The notes below the pieces were generated by a model. The model did not search any database and had not been told where the DNA came from. It saw only the letters and a program-made list of their open reading frames with translations. Positions 29,368-38,993 of a stretch of 64,000 nt of DNA are shown here, one piece after another; positions within the stretch are counted from its first letter, which is position 1, and the number at the start of each line of letters is the position of its first letter. A program made the position numbers and the translations under genes. The stretch is from Clostridia bacterium (GTDB taxonomy: Bacteria; Bacillota; Clostridia; UMGS1883), in contig JAZRTB010000077.1 of assembly GCA_045651805.1 (NCBI GenBank), positions 2,855-66,854 of the forward strand, given 5' to 3'.

Positions 29368-32300
29368 ATGAAAAGAATTTTAGCAATATTGCTTGTTTTG
29401 ATTATGGGCGTTATTCCCGTATCTGCAGAAGATGAAAAGCCTTTATACATAGAGCTTGATTTTGATTCTTTATCAGATAACGACCTTCTTTATTTTGAAG
29501 CTCTCAATAACAGCACAGTAAAGCTCGGAAACGGAGCTAACGGAGACGGACTTGTCCTTACAAACGGAAGTGGAGATATTGCCGTAACGCGTCTTAAGTT
29601 TGACAGTAAACCAAGCGGAATTTTAACTCTCAGACAGAAAATATGTTTTTCACAGGGCAAAGAAGCGCAGATAAGACTTATGTCTCAGGACAAATCTTTG
29701 TTTACTATAGCTTTCAGCAACAGACAGATTAAAACTTTGAGTAAAAACGGATGGGTAAATCTCCGAGGATATGTGGAAAACACATGGTACAGTATGGAAA
29801 TTATTGTAAACCTTGGTGCTTCTTCTTACGAAGTGTTGCTTAACGGCATTAAAATCGGCGGAACGTACAGCTACGATGCAAAAACTGTGCCCGACAGCGT
29901 ACAGTATAGTGCAGCAGGAAAAAATGCAAAGCTTATCCTTGACGATGTTTTTATAAATTCAGGCGAAATGCTTACTGGTGTTAAAGTAACGGGCAGTTCG
30001 GGCGGTGGCGCTTCAATAAATAACGCTAATACATCAGATGAGGATCCGAGAGAAGCTTACTACAGCTCACGTGTTCCGTATCTTAACGACTATAAGGCTC
30101 CCGGAGGAGAGTATCTTCCGGGAATTGAAGAAAAAGGTAGAGTAACCTTTTCTACAGAATCAGCAGAATTCCCTGCAACCAACTTAGTTGACGGAGACAA
30201 CGCTACAAAGTGGCAGGCTGCACCACCCGAAACACCGATTGATAACGGAAAGAGTCTCCGACTTCTTAAACCTGAAATCGGAAATACCACACTTGCAATG
30301 CAGTACGATTTTAAACCGAGCAAGGGTATTGTTACGGTTGAGCAGGATATTCTTGTAACAGACGTTTCAGACGAAAAAGCACTCCCGTATATCTATTCTT
30401 CAAATGGTAATACAGCCGTTTCTCTTATTCAGTCAGGCGGCGTGTTCAAGCTTGCAGGAGGTGGCGGAACAGTTTACCGCGATGTTTCTGCTGACAGATG
30501 GTATAAAATAAAAATAGTAATAAATCTTGATTCACAGACTTATGATACATACGTTGACGGAGAGCTTTGCCTTAAGGAAGCTTCTTTCAGAGAGCGTTGT
30601 GATGATGTTTCAAGACTTCGTTATCATATGAGTACCCGTACAACGGGAGGCTTCTACCTTGATAATATAAAAGTTTCATATTCTTCACCTCTTTCAAGTT
30701 TTGAAGAAATCGTAATGAAAGAGGATTTTGAATCATTTGAAGAAGGTGCAACAAAACTTGCAGGATGGGGTATAGGTAAAGCAAGCGGCGGTCAGATTGA
30801 CGTCGGTTACTACGATGCACCCTCTATGCACACATTCACACAATTCTGCAATATAGACCTTGTCCGTGAAAGTGAAGTCGAAGGTGTAAGACTTGTAATT
30901 CCCGAAGGAGTTTCTCTCAAATATACTGTTGATGTTGACAGAAGCGAAGGAACAGTTTACGAAACAGTTCAGGACAGAACAGATAAATTCTACAGCGGTG
31001 AGCAGGTTGTAAGCTTTTCTCCTGTACGTGCCAGCAATGTGCGTATAACGATTTATGATGCGGTTGATGTTATGGGTAATACAACATTTGCACAGCTTTA
31101 TGAATTCCGCGTTATTCTTAAACGCCGTACTCCTGTGGATAATCTCGCATTCTATGCCGATGTGACTGTTTCAGGTGAAGATTCCGTAAAATACGATAAA
31201 CGCGGTATCAACGACAACATTATTGCTGAATTCGGTGGTATAGGCGAATGGCACAGCGGTAATGAAACGGAAAAATGGGTTCAGTATACATGGAATGAAC
31301 CAAAGTCTGTAAACCGTGTTATAATCCACGATACTGCTAAATATGAAAACTGGGTAAAGGCAGGAAAACTTACTTTCAGTGATGGTTCTGAAATTGAAGT
31401 AAATGACATCCGTAACACGGGTTATCCTACCGATATTACTTTTGAAGAAAAAACAGTCACAAGTATGCGTTTTACCGTAACAGATTACGAAGGAACGGCG
31501 GGGCTTTCTGAAATTCAGGTGTTTTCCCCCGGAGGAAAGCCTGATGATATTGAGTATGTTGAGCCTGATATCCGTGTTGCAATTGACAAAGATTATCAGA
31601 GTCGTTGGGTTTGTGTAAACGATGTTGATAACGACGGTGAGCTTGAATATATTTCAGCAAGAATATATGATGATCCGCTGTTTTCCGGTAATCACTACTG
31701 TGCAAGTATCGGAGTGCAGAAAGCAGACGGTACAACACTCTGGACTTGGGGTGATCCTGCTAAAGGAGCGAAAGCTCCCGGTAGCGACATTCCCTGTCAG
31801 GTACACGACCTTGAAAACGACGGTCAGCTTGAAGTAATTGCTGCAACCAATGAATATCTTTACATATTCAACGGCGCAACGGGTGAAGTAAAGAAGCGTT
31901 ACCCGATGCCTATGTCAGAATACAACCCGGGAAGCTGGGCAAGTGATACAATTGCATTTGCTGATATTTCAGGTAACGGCTATCCGAGTGATATTATAGT
32001 AAAAACACGATATACCGAAGCGTGGGCGTATACAAAGGACTGGAAGCCTCTCTGGTATACTTGCATGCCTGGTGGCCTGAAGGTTGGACATTATCCCCAG
32101 CCTATAGATATTGATAACGACGGACATGATGAAGTCATTATCGGTTTTGCATGCATTGACGATGATGGAAGCGTTATGTGGTCAATGAAGGAAGAGGATT
32201 ATCCCGGATTTATAAGCAGAGGACACAAGGACTCTCTTGAAGTTATAAACTTTGTTCTTACAGGTGATACAACGGGTGACATTATCATCAATCAGAAAGA

Positions 32301-33045
32301 CCTTGATCTGCTTGATAAACATATTGCAGGCGAAGTGACGCTTTCGGGTAATCAGTTTACAGCAGGCGACACAACCGGCGACGGAAAAATTGATGCCGAA
32401 GATAGGGCGCTTCTCGAACAAAAGCTTGCAGGAACATTAAAGGCATTTCCGAATAAGGGAATCCCGAAAAAAGAACAGCGATTCTGTTTATCTCCTTGCG
32501 GTGGTGGTGCAAATATCATTATGATAGACGGTAACGGCGACAGAGTGTGGGCACTTGACGATGCAGTCCATTACGAAACTGTTGAAAAGGCAAACCTAGG
32601 ACTTGACGAGCATCCTTATCAGATTGTCACAGGTGACAATGCTATGGGTCAGCCTGCATCACAGCTCATGTATGTGTCCCTTGACGGTGAAGTGCTTAAT
32701 GTTACAAACAGTTATATCCGTAACAGACAGTTCAACATCATTAACTGGACAGGTGAGGGCGGACTTGATTATATCTTTATGCCCACAGATAATGTGCTTG
32801 TTGACGGTGAATTTAAGGTAAGAGTTAAACCCCTTGCACCCGTAAGAGGATACGATTCAACAAGTATGAAGTCGTACCAGACAGGCAGTCAGAAGTTTAC
32901 CTGCGATATGGATGGTGACGGAACAACTGATATAGGAACAATCACAAACGAAAACGGCACAATTTACCTTTATTTCTGGTTTAACCCGAATGGTGCAAAA
33001 GTTGCTGACAGCATAGGCAGAGGATTTAATATTTCACAGTATTAA
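29368..33045 (+). CDS. Secreted multimodular protein: ConA-like and F5/8 (CBM32-like) domains plus FG-GAP beta-propeller (PL11 rhamnogalacturonan-lyase-like) with an internal dockerin
   Basis: Signal peptide; LVDGDNATKW; repeated DVDNDGELE, DLENDGQLE, DIDNDGHDE, DMDGDGTTD; GHYP, GHKD, HYE; dockerin at 32251-32451. Confidence 0.8.
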   Translation: MKRILAILLVLIMGVIPVSAEDEKPLYIELDFDSLSDNDLLYFEALNNSTVKLGNGANGDGLVLTNGSGDIAVTRLKFDSKPSGILTLRQKICFSQGKEAQIRLMSQDKSLFTIAFSNRQIKTLSKNGWVNLRGYVENTWYSMEIIVNLGASSYEVLLNGIKIGGTYSYDAKTVPDSVQYSAAGKNAKLILDDVFINSGEMLTGVKVTGSSGGGASINNANTSDEDPREAYYSSRVPYLNDYKAPGGEYLPGIEEKGRVTFSTESAEFPATNLVDGDNATKWQAAPPETPIDNGKSLRLLKPEIGNTTLAMQYDFKPSKGIVTVEQDILVTDVSDEKALPYIYSSNGNTAVSLIQSGGVFKLAGGGGTVYRDVSADRWYKIKIVINLDSQTYDTYVDGELCLKEASFRERCDDVSRLRYHMSTRTTGGFYLDNIKVSYSSPLSSFEEIVMKEDFESFEEGATKLAGWGIGKASGGQIDVGYYDAPSMHTFTQFCNIDLVRESEVEGVRLVIPEGVSLKYTVDVDRSEGTVYETVQDRTDKFYSGEQVVSFSPVRASNVRITIYDAVDVMGNTTFAQLYEFRVILKRRTPVDNLAFYADVTVSGEDSVKYDKRGINDNIIAEFGGIGEWHSGNETEKWVQYTWNEPKSVNRVIIHDTAKYENWVKAGKLTFSDGSEIEVNDIRNTGYPTDITFEEKTVTSMRFTVTDYEGTAGLSEIQVFSPGGKPDDIEYVEPDIRVAIDKDYQSRWVCVNDVDNDGELEYISARIYDDPLFSGNHYCASIGVQKADGTTLWTWGDPAKGAKAPGSDIPCQVHDLENDGQLEVIAATNEYLYIFNGATGEVKKRYPMPMSEYNPGSWASDTIAFADISGNGYPSDIIVKTRYTEAWAYTKDWKPLWYTCMPGGLKVGHYPQPIDIDNDGHDEVIIGFACIDDDGSVMWSMKEEDYPGFISRGHKDSLEVINFVLTGDTTGDIIINQKDLDLLDKHIAGEVTLSGNQFTAGDTTGDGKIDAEDRALLEQKLAGTLKAFPNKGIPKKEQRFCLSPCGGGANIIMIDGNGDRVWALDDAVHYETVEKANLGLDEHPYQIVTGDNAMGQPASQLMYVSLDGEVLNVTNSYIRNRQFNIINWTGEGGLDYIFMPTDNVLVDGEFKVRVKPLAPVRGYDSTSMKSYQTGSQKFTCDMDGDGTTDIGTITNENGTIYLYFWFNPNGAKVADSIGRGFNISQY
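32251..32451 (+). other. Type I-like dockerin domain inside the propeller
   Basis: GDTTGDIIINQKDLDLLDKHIAG and GDTTGDGKIDAEDRALLEQKLAG 34 aa apart, ending GTLKAFP. Confidence 0.85.
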
Positions 33046-33066
33046 TCCTGTAATGGAGGAAAATTT

Positions 33067-35958
33067 ATGAACTTTATCAGATTACTTTCAGGAGATGCGG
33101 AAATAACAAAATACGTTCATTCTGAAAACGATTTTGTTTTGTCTTCTGATATGTTACATAACGAGGGGTTTCACGCACAGAAAAGAAGTTCCTTCGTTCC
33201 TCATGTGTTTGACTACGGAATGGCAGGGGCAAGCCTTTCGGCAAAAGCCCCTGTTGACGGAAAGTATTATCTTGCTTTGCAGGTAAGAGATACCTTCGGT
33301 ACATATGATGAAGAATATATTCCTGTTCTGGAGGAAGAATGCGGTGAATTCGGCGAATGTCTTGTGGAACTTAGTGTAAACGGAGAAAAGCTCGGTCAAT
33401 TCCGTTACGGAAGAGATGACAAAAAGTACTATTTCTTTGTAACTGAGGATGCAGTTGAACTTAAAAAAGGTGACGAAATAAAGTATAGTGTACTTGCCGG
33501 AGAGCATGTTCTCTTTACTGCAATCGTGCTTATGAAAGATGCGCCCGAGCCACAGCTTAACCGTATTATGAATCTTACTACAGATAACGGTGAGGTGCGT
33601 TTCTGGACAACTGTTGCGTGCCGTGCAAGAATTCTTTTAGGTGACGTTGTATATTCCGAAGACGAATATTTAAATAACCACCGTTTTACAATTTCTGAAG
33701 AATACTGGGGAATAAGATTTGTTATTGAACTTATCGACGAAGACGGAAATATGCTCTGCGGCAGAGGCAGATGCAGGGAAAAGCTTTACGAGAAAAAAGA
33801 AAATTCGCCTGTAAATATTGAACTTAAATACTCTACTGTCAAAGAGGGGATCCACCCGGTCACAAGTGTTCTTCCTTTCGGGAAGGGACAAGTGTTCTCT
33901 TGCAACAAAATTCATATTAAGGATGAAAACGGTGTATTGTATGCATCTCAATGTAAGATAACTTCAAAGTGGGAAGATGGAAGTATAAAAACAGTTTCCG
34001 TTTATGCTATTTTGCCTGTTGACGGAAGAAAGTTTTATGCAGTAGACGGAAAACAGGTGCCTGTTGAAGATGCATTTTCTGTTAAATGTGAAGATAACGG
34101 CGTAACTGTTGTGAACGGAGATAAGACCTATAACTTCTGTAACGACAGTAATTCTGTTCTTCCGGACAGAGAGCTTCTTGCAGTAGTTTACGGCACTGAC
34201 GGTAATCGTTACGTTGCCGGTGGTGGCGAATACACCATTGAAGAGCAGGGAGTAAACCACATTGTCGTGTCCCGTTCAAATCGTTTTATGTGCGATGGTA
34301 AAAGAAGTATGAAATGCTATACACATCTGCATTTCTACAGAAATATTGACGCGTACCGTCTCGAATTCGGCTTTGAAAATGACATTTTAAAAACGGAATT
34401 CTATACAATCGATGGTTTGTATATTGAGGGCCCTTCGGAAAATAATAAGAAAATCAACGTAATGCAACTTGACGAAAAAACTGCCATTGTTGATGATAAA
34501 GAAGTTGCACAGAAACTTGACGGCAGGTTTAATTTTAATAATTCAAATCTTATCGTGGAAGACTTCTGGCAGAATTATCCTAAGTCATTTATTTCTGAAG
34601 ATAATGTGGTTAAAATAGGTATTTGCCCCTTCATCACAAAGCCGGAGCATTATCAGAATGAAGATGTGCTTCTTGAATCGCAGATGTTTTTCTATTTGAA
34701 AACAGGCAAATATGAATTTCACGGAGGTCTTCGAAAGTACCATACCATTGTTTTCGGAAACGATGCCGAAAAGCTTACCGATATGGTGTACCTGCATCCG
34801 GACTGTGAGTCTATAGAAAAAAGCCTTGCTTTCGGACGTATTAAGTGCGGTTGTCCCGATTTCCCGAAATATGACAAATATATGGATAACTCTCTTGAGT
34901 TATATCTTAACCACAGAGAGAGCTATCGTGATTACGGTATGCTTAACTACGGTGACAGCTTTGGAGAAAACAATATTCATTGGATGAATCTGGAATATGA
35001 CTTCCATTACGGACTTATGATTCATTATCTGAGGACAGGGGATGAAAGGTTCTACGAACTTGCACGTATTGCAATGGCTCATTATGCAGAGGTAGATACT
35101 GCACACTCCTGTGTGCATTTTGAGGAGAAGAATTACTTTTTTGTTCATACTGTCGGGCACGCAAACAATTACTATCCTCACGAGCTTGTTCCCAAGAGTT
35201 ATCCGAAAATCAAGTTCCAGATGGGTCATATTTTCAATAACGGACTTGCTCTTTACTACAAAATGACAGGTGTCGAGCGTTATAAGACCATTGTTCTTAA
35301 CTGTGCCGATACATTGGCGAAGTATTATACAAGAAAGTTTGATTTCCTTACTGAACGTGAACCGGGTTGGTGTATGCTTGCACTTCAGGCCGCGTATGAT
35401 ATAACTCTTGATGAGTATTATCTCAATGCCTGCCGTATAATGGCAGAGCGCGTTATGTTCAAGCAGGATGTGCAGACCGGTTGTATCAGTACTATGATGG
35501 ATGTTCCGCAACCTAAAGAAATAACAGAGCGCAAGTTCTGTTATGGCGGAAAGCCCTTCATGCATGGTGTTCTTGCTTCTGCTATGAGAACACTTTATAC
35601 AATGACAGGTGATGAGCGTATTCTTAAATGCTGTGTCAAACTTGCAGAATGGCTTGTTTATATGTATGATGATGAACTTCAGGAATTCTGGTATTCAACT
35701 TCTTTTAAGGAGATTGAAAGACGTGTAAGTCAGCCTGAAACCAGTATGGAAATACTTGATGCACTTCTTTTCGGAAGTGTACCCGGGGAAAAGAGCTATG
35801 TTGAAATTGTAAAGAAAGCCTTTGATAAGATGCTTGAATCACCTTACAGATTTGAAAATGATGTAGCAAAGGTGTTTGCAATGCGACTCAGATTCTCACC
35901 TGAAATTATGTATGATTACGAGGAAACGATTAAGGGGAATACTCAATGTCAAAAATAA
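33067..35958 (+). CDS. PL26/YetA-like exo-rhamnogalacturonan-lyase-related protein with N-terminal extension, no signal peptide
   Basis: PVTSVLPFGKG...KWEDGSIK, DFWQNYPK, DYGMLNYGD, WMNLEYD, EREPGW; alpha/alpha C-terminus. Confidence 0.72.
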   Translation: MNFIRLLSGDAEITKYVHSENDFVLSSDMLHNEGFHAQKRSSFVPHVFDYGMAGASLSAKAPVDGKYYLALQVRDTFGTYDEEYIPVLEEECGEFGECLVELSVNGEKLGQFRYGRDDKKYYFFVTEDAVELKKGDEIKYSVLAGEHVLFTAIVLMKDAPEPQLNRIMNLTTDNGEVRFWTTVACRARILLGDVVYSEDEYLNNHRFTISEEYWGIRFVIELIDEDGNMLCGRGRCREKLYEKKENSPVNIELKYSTVKEGIHPVTSVLPFGKGQVFSCNKIHIKDENGVLYASQCKITSKWEDGSIKTVSVYAILPVDGRKFYAVDGKQVPVEDAFSVKCEDNGVTVVNGDKTYNFCNDSNSVLPDRELLAVVYGTDGNRYVAGGGEYTIEEQGVNHIVVSRSNRFMCDGKRSMKCYTHLHFYRNIDAYRLEFGFENDILKTEFYTIDGLYIEGPSENNKKINVMQLDEKTAIVDDKEVAQKLDGRFNFNNSNLIVEDFWQNYPKSFISEDNVVKIGICPFITKPEHYQNEDVLLESQMFFYLKTGKYEFHGGLRKYHTIVFGNDAEKLTDMVYLHPDCESIEKSLAFGRIKCGCPDFPKYDKYMDNSLELYLNHRESYRDYGMLNYGDSFGENNIHWMNLEYDFHYGLMIHYLRTGDERFYELARIAMAHYAEVDTAHSCVHFEEKNYFFVHTVGHANNYYPHELVPKSYPKIKFQMGHIFNNGLALYYKMTGVERYKTIVLNCADTLAKYYTRKFDFLTEREPGWCMLALQAAYDITLDEYYLNACRIMAERVMFKQDVQTGCISTMMDVPQPKEITERKFCYGGKPFMHGVLASAMRTLYTMTGDERILKCCVKLAEWLVYMYDDELQEFWYSTSFKEIERRVSQPETSMEILDALLFGSVPGEKSYVEIVKKAFDKMLESPYRFENDVAKVFAMRLRFSPEIMYDYEETIKGNTQCQK

Positions 35959-36719
35959 TTTTTCTAGGAACCTGTGCCGGTACAGAGCCTATGCCTGAAC
36001 GTCACCACGCATCAACAATGATTGAAAGTAACGGATATTACTATCTGTTTGATGCAGGTGAGGGGTGTTCACGCACAGCACATCTTATGGGGATTGATAT
36101 GTCCAAAGTGAAAGCTGTATTTATATCTCATCCCCATATAGACCATATCGGAGGGCTGCTTAATACTGTCTACACTATATGGAAGCTTGCTTCGGTTTAT
36201 GAAACTTATCCGCTTGACAGAAAAATAGATTTTTATATCGGTAATATAAGTCTGTGGCATAGCTTTGAGAACGTGTTAAGTGGAATAGGTTTACAGTATA
36301 ACAATCAGTTTAAAATCTGCTCGCACGAAATAGCTGACGGTCTTTTATTTGAAAATGAAAACATAAAAGTGGAGGCAATGCATAACCATCACATCAGGTT
36401 TTCCGAAGGTGAAAAGCCGAAGTCATATTCCTTTAAAATTACTGTCGACGGAAAAACAATACTTTATTCCGGCGATGTGAGGGATATGGCAGACCTTGAA
36501 AATGTCCTCGGTGACGGATGCGACTATCTTATTTGCGAAACCGGGCATCATAAAGTCAAGGATGTATGTAACTTTGCAGACACACACAATGTCGGACAAT
36601 TACTTTTTTCACATAACGGAAGAGTTATACTTAATGATGAAAAAACTGCACGCGAAGACATGAAACATTGCAGTAAAAATCCCGTCATATGTTATGACGA
36701 AATGGTTTTGGAATTGTAA
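35946..36719 (+). CDS. Metallo-beta-lactamase-fold hydrolase (RNase Z/AtsA-like)
   Basis: FLGT, FDAGEG, SHPHIDHIGG, YSGD, SH. Confidence 0.9.
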   Translation: MSKIIFLGTCAGTEPMPERHHASTMIESNGYYYLFDAGEGCSRTAHLMGIDMSKVKAVFISHPHIDHIGGLLNTVYTIWKLASVYETYPLDRKIDFYIGNISLWHSFENVLSGIGLQYNNQFKICSHEIADGLLFENENIKVEAMHNHHIRFSEGEKPKSYSFKITVDGKTILYSGDVRDMADLENVLGDGCDYLICETGHHKVKDVCNFADTHNVGQLLFSHNGRVILNDEKTAREDMKHCSKNPVICYDEMVLEL

Positions 36720-36724
36720 ATTAA

Positions 36725-36786
36725 AAGAAATTGTCCGCAAAAAAACAGAATTTGGTATAGAAAAACAATGTTTTTGTTGTTAATAT
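36725..36786 (+). promoter_or_regulatory. Activator-type promoter with motif-A boxes
   Basis: AAGAAATTGTCC (36725) + CAGAATTTGGTA (36746) abutting TAGAAA-17-TAATAT with extended TG. Confidence 0.6.
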
Positions 36787-36817
36787 GATACCATACACTA
36801 AATTGGAGGTTTTTAAA

Positions 36818-38035
36818 ATGAAAAAATTTATTTCTATAATTTTAAGCGTGCTTATGCTTTCTGCTATGGCTATTCCTGCAATGGCAGAGGGAGAGGTAAC
36901 AATCAAGAAATTGAATTATGCTCTTAACGAGGGTAACTTTGTAGATGGTTCAGTATATTCAAGTGCAACAGTTAAACCTGAAGTTATAGTTGAAAATGGA
37001 AACAGTGTTTTGCAAATATCAAATTTGAATACAAAAAAAGTTAATGGATTTTACATTGGAAATGATAAATCGGAAAATGCTGTCGATGACTATGTATATG
37101 AAACAGGATTTAAGATAAAACTTACAAACCCTGGTGTAGCTAATTACATGTTTAATGCACAATTTCTTGGAAATGACATTGATACCGCTATAATTAATAG
37201 CATCCAATTCAAGTCATATTCTGCCCACAATAATGACTATAGATTTTTACATGGTAGCAATAAGGTTGCTGATAAAAATAGTGGCTTTATTACTGGGGAA
37301 TGGAATGACATTCGGTTTTTGGTTGAAGAATCAGCAACAGCGAATACTCTTGACCTTGTCATATATCTAAATGGTAAAAAGGTCTATGAAAGGACGGATA
37401 TTTCAGTTTCAGGATTGAATGGCACTAATAAAGATAAACTTAATCCACATCAGTGGGTATTCTACTACTCTAATCAATATGAAGCACCCATTTATCTCGA
37501 TGATGTATATATTGCTTCATATACGGATGTAACGACATTTGTTCCAGAAACAGTAAATGCTTCTGTAGCAGTTGGTGAGGATGCAGTGCTTCCCTCAACT
37601 GTAAATGTAACTGTTGACGGTGTTCAGGAAGCTGTAGAAGTAGAATGGGCTGATGTTGATACAACAACTGCAGGTGTAAAGACCGTAACAGGTGTTGTAA
37701 AAGGATACACCATGTCAGATGCAAGTGATGTTACAGTGACAGCTACAGTAACAGTTGAAGCTCCTCAGGAACCTGAATATCCTTATGAGCTTGCAATTGA
37801 CGGCACAGCACTTACAGTAACAAAGGCAGGCACATTAACTCCCGAAGCAAAGGTTTACGGTGCAGTATATGAAAGTGGTCTTTTGACAGATGTTCAGCTT
37901 CTCGGTACAGTATCCGGTAGCACTGCATGGACTGACGGCAAGGCAACACTTCCTCTTGAAAATGGAAAAACCTACCGTGCATTTGTAATAAGTGACCAGC
38001 TTGTACCTTATGCGGTTTCAACTGAATTAAACTAA
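36818..38035 (+). CDS. Secreted non-catalytic protein: ConA-like domain, bacterial Ig-like (Big_4-type) domain, C-terminal shared module
   Basis: Signal peptide AMA-E; WNDIRF...IYLDDVYI; LPSTVNVT..VEW..DTTTAG..VTG; RBS GGAGG before ATG 36818. Confidence 0.82.
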   Translation: MKKFISIILSVLMLSAMAIPAMAEGEVTIKKLNYALNEGNFVDGSVYSSATVKPEVIVENGNSVLQISNLNTKKVNGFYIGNDKSENAVDDYVYETGFKIKLTNPGVANYMFNAQFLGNDIDTAIINSIQFKSYSAHNNDYRFLHGSNKVADKNSGFITGEWNDIRFLVEESATANTLDLVIYLNGKKVYERTDISVSGLNGTNKDKLNPHQWVFYYSNQYEAPIYLDDVYIASYTDVTTFVPETVNASVAVGEDAVLPSTVNVTVDGVQEAVEVEWADVDTTTAGVKTVTGVVKGYTMSDASDVTVTATVTVEAPQEPEYPYELAIDGTALTVTKAGTLTPEAKVYGAVYESGLLTDVQLLGTVSGSTAWTDGKATLPLENGKTYRAFVISDQLVPYAVSTELN

Positions 38036-38056
38036 AAACCAACGAATAAAAATATG

Positions 38057-38095
38057 ATTTGCACCAAAGACTGCGGTCTTTGGTGCAAATATTTT
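38057..38095 (+). terminator. Hairpin / partial terminator after the secreted protein gene
   Basis: 15-bp perfect stem ATTTGCACCAAAGAC / GTCTTTGGTGCAAAT then ATTTT. Confidence 0.65.
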
Positions 38096-38118
38096 AAAGA
38101 GAAAGGACTAAATTCACT

Positions 38119-38982
38119 ATGAGAATACTTATGATAGGTGCCCACATGGACGATAACGATTTCAGATGCGGAGGCACTGCACTTAAATTTATACAGCAAG
38201 GGCATACAGTTCGTTTCCTTTCTGTTTGTAACGGAACAATGGGACATCACGAACTTTCTCCCGAGGAACTTCATAAAACAAGAATGGCTGAATGTAAGAA
38301 AGCCTCTGAAATCAGCGGAATAGAATACGACAATATGGGGCTTCCCGAATGTGAGGTTTCAACAAGTCTTGAAAACCGAAAGAGAATGATTTGTTACATC
38401 AGAGATTTCAAACCCGATATAATTTTCACTCACAGATCAAATGACTATCACGCCGACCACCGTGATGTAGCACTTCTTGTTCAGGACGCCTCATACCTTT
38501 TAATTGTTCCGCATCTTTATCCTGAACATAAAGCACTTCAGAAAATGCCCGTAATAATGTATTTTTATGATAAATTTACAAATCCGAAGTTTGACCCTGA
38601 AATAGTAATTGCGACAGACGATGTTATAGATAAAAAATACGAAATGTATGATTGCTATGTTTCCCAGGTGTATGAATGGCTCCCCTGGACACATCAGGCA
38701 GAGCATTTAGTTCCAAAGGATCCAAAGGAAAGACTTGAATGGCTTCGTACACCCCGAGTTCCACGAGACGGCAGAATTCTTTCGGTTGAAGAATTGAGCG
38801 TTCCCGTTATCAGTAACAATAGTGAATACAGAGAAGCTATGGCGGCATCAAAATACCGTGACAAGCTTATAGAGCGCTATGGCGAAAAAGGAAAGAGCAT
38901 CCTTTTTGCTGAAGCCTTTCAGGTGTCTGAATACGGTTCACCTTTAACAAAGGAATTAGCCGAAGAAATATTTTCTTTTTAA
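38119..38982 (+). CDS. PIG-L/LmbE family N-deacetylase
   Basis: GAHMDD, R..E, PDIIFTH, DYHADH, FAEAF. Confidence 0.92.
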   Translation: MRILMIGAHMDDNDFRCGGTALKFIQQGHTVRFLSVCNGTMGHHELSPEELHKTRMAECKKASEISGIEYDNMGLPECEVSTSLENRKRMICYIRDFKPDIIFTHRSNDYHADHRDVALLVQDASYLLIVPHLYPEHKALQKMPVIMYFYDKFTNPKFDPEIVIATDDVIDKKYEMYDCYVSQVYEWLPWTHQAEHLVPKDPKERLEWLRTPRVPRDGRILSVEELSVPVISNNSEYREAMAASKYRDKLIERYGEKGKSILFAEAFQVSEYGSPLTKELAEEIFSF

Positions 38983-38993
38983 GGAGATTTATT

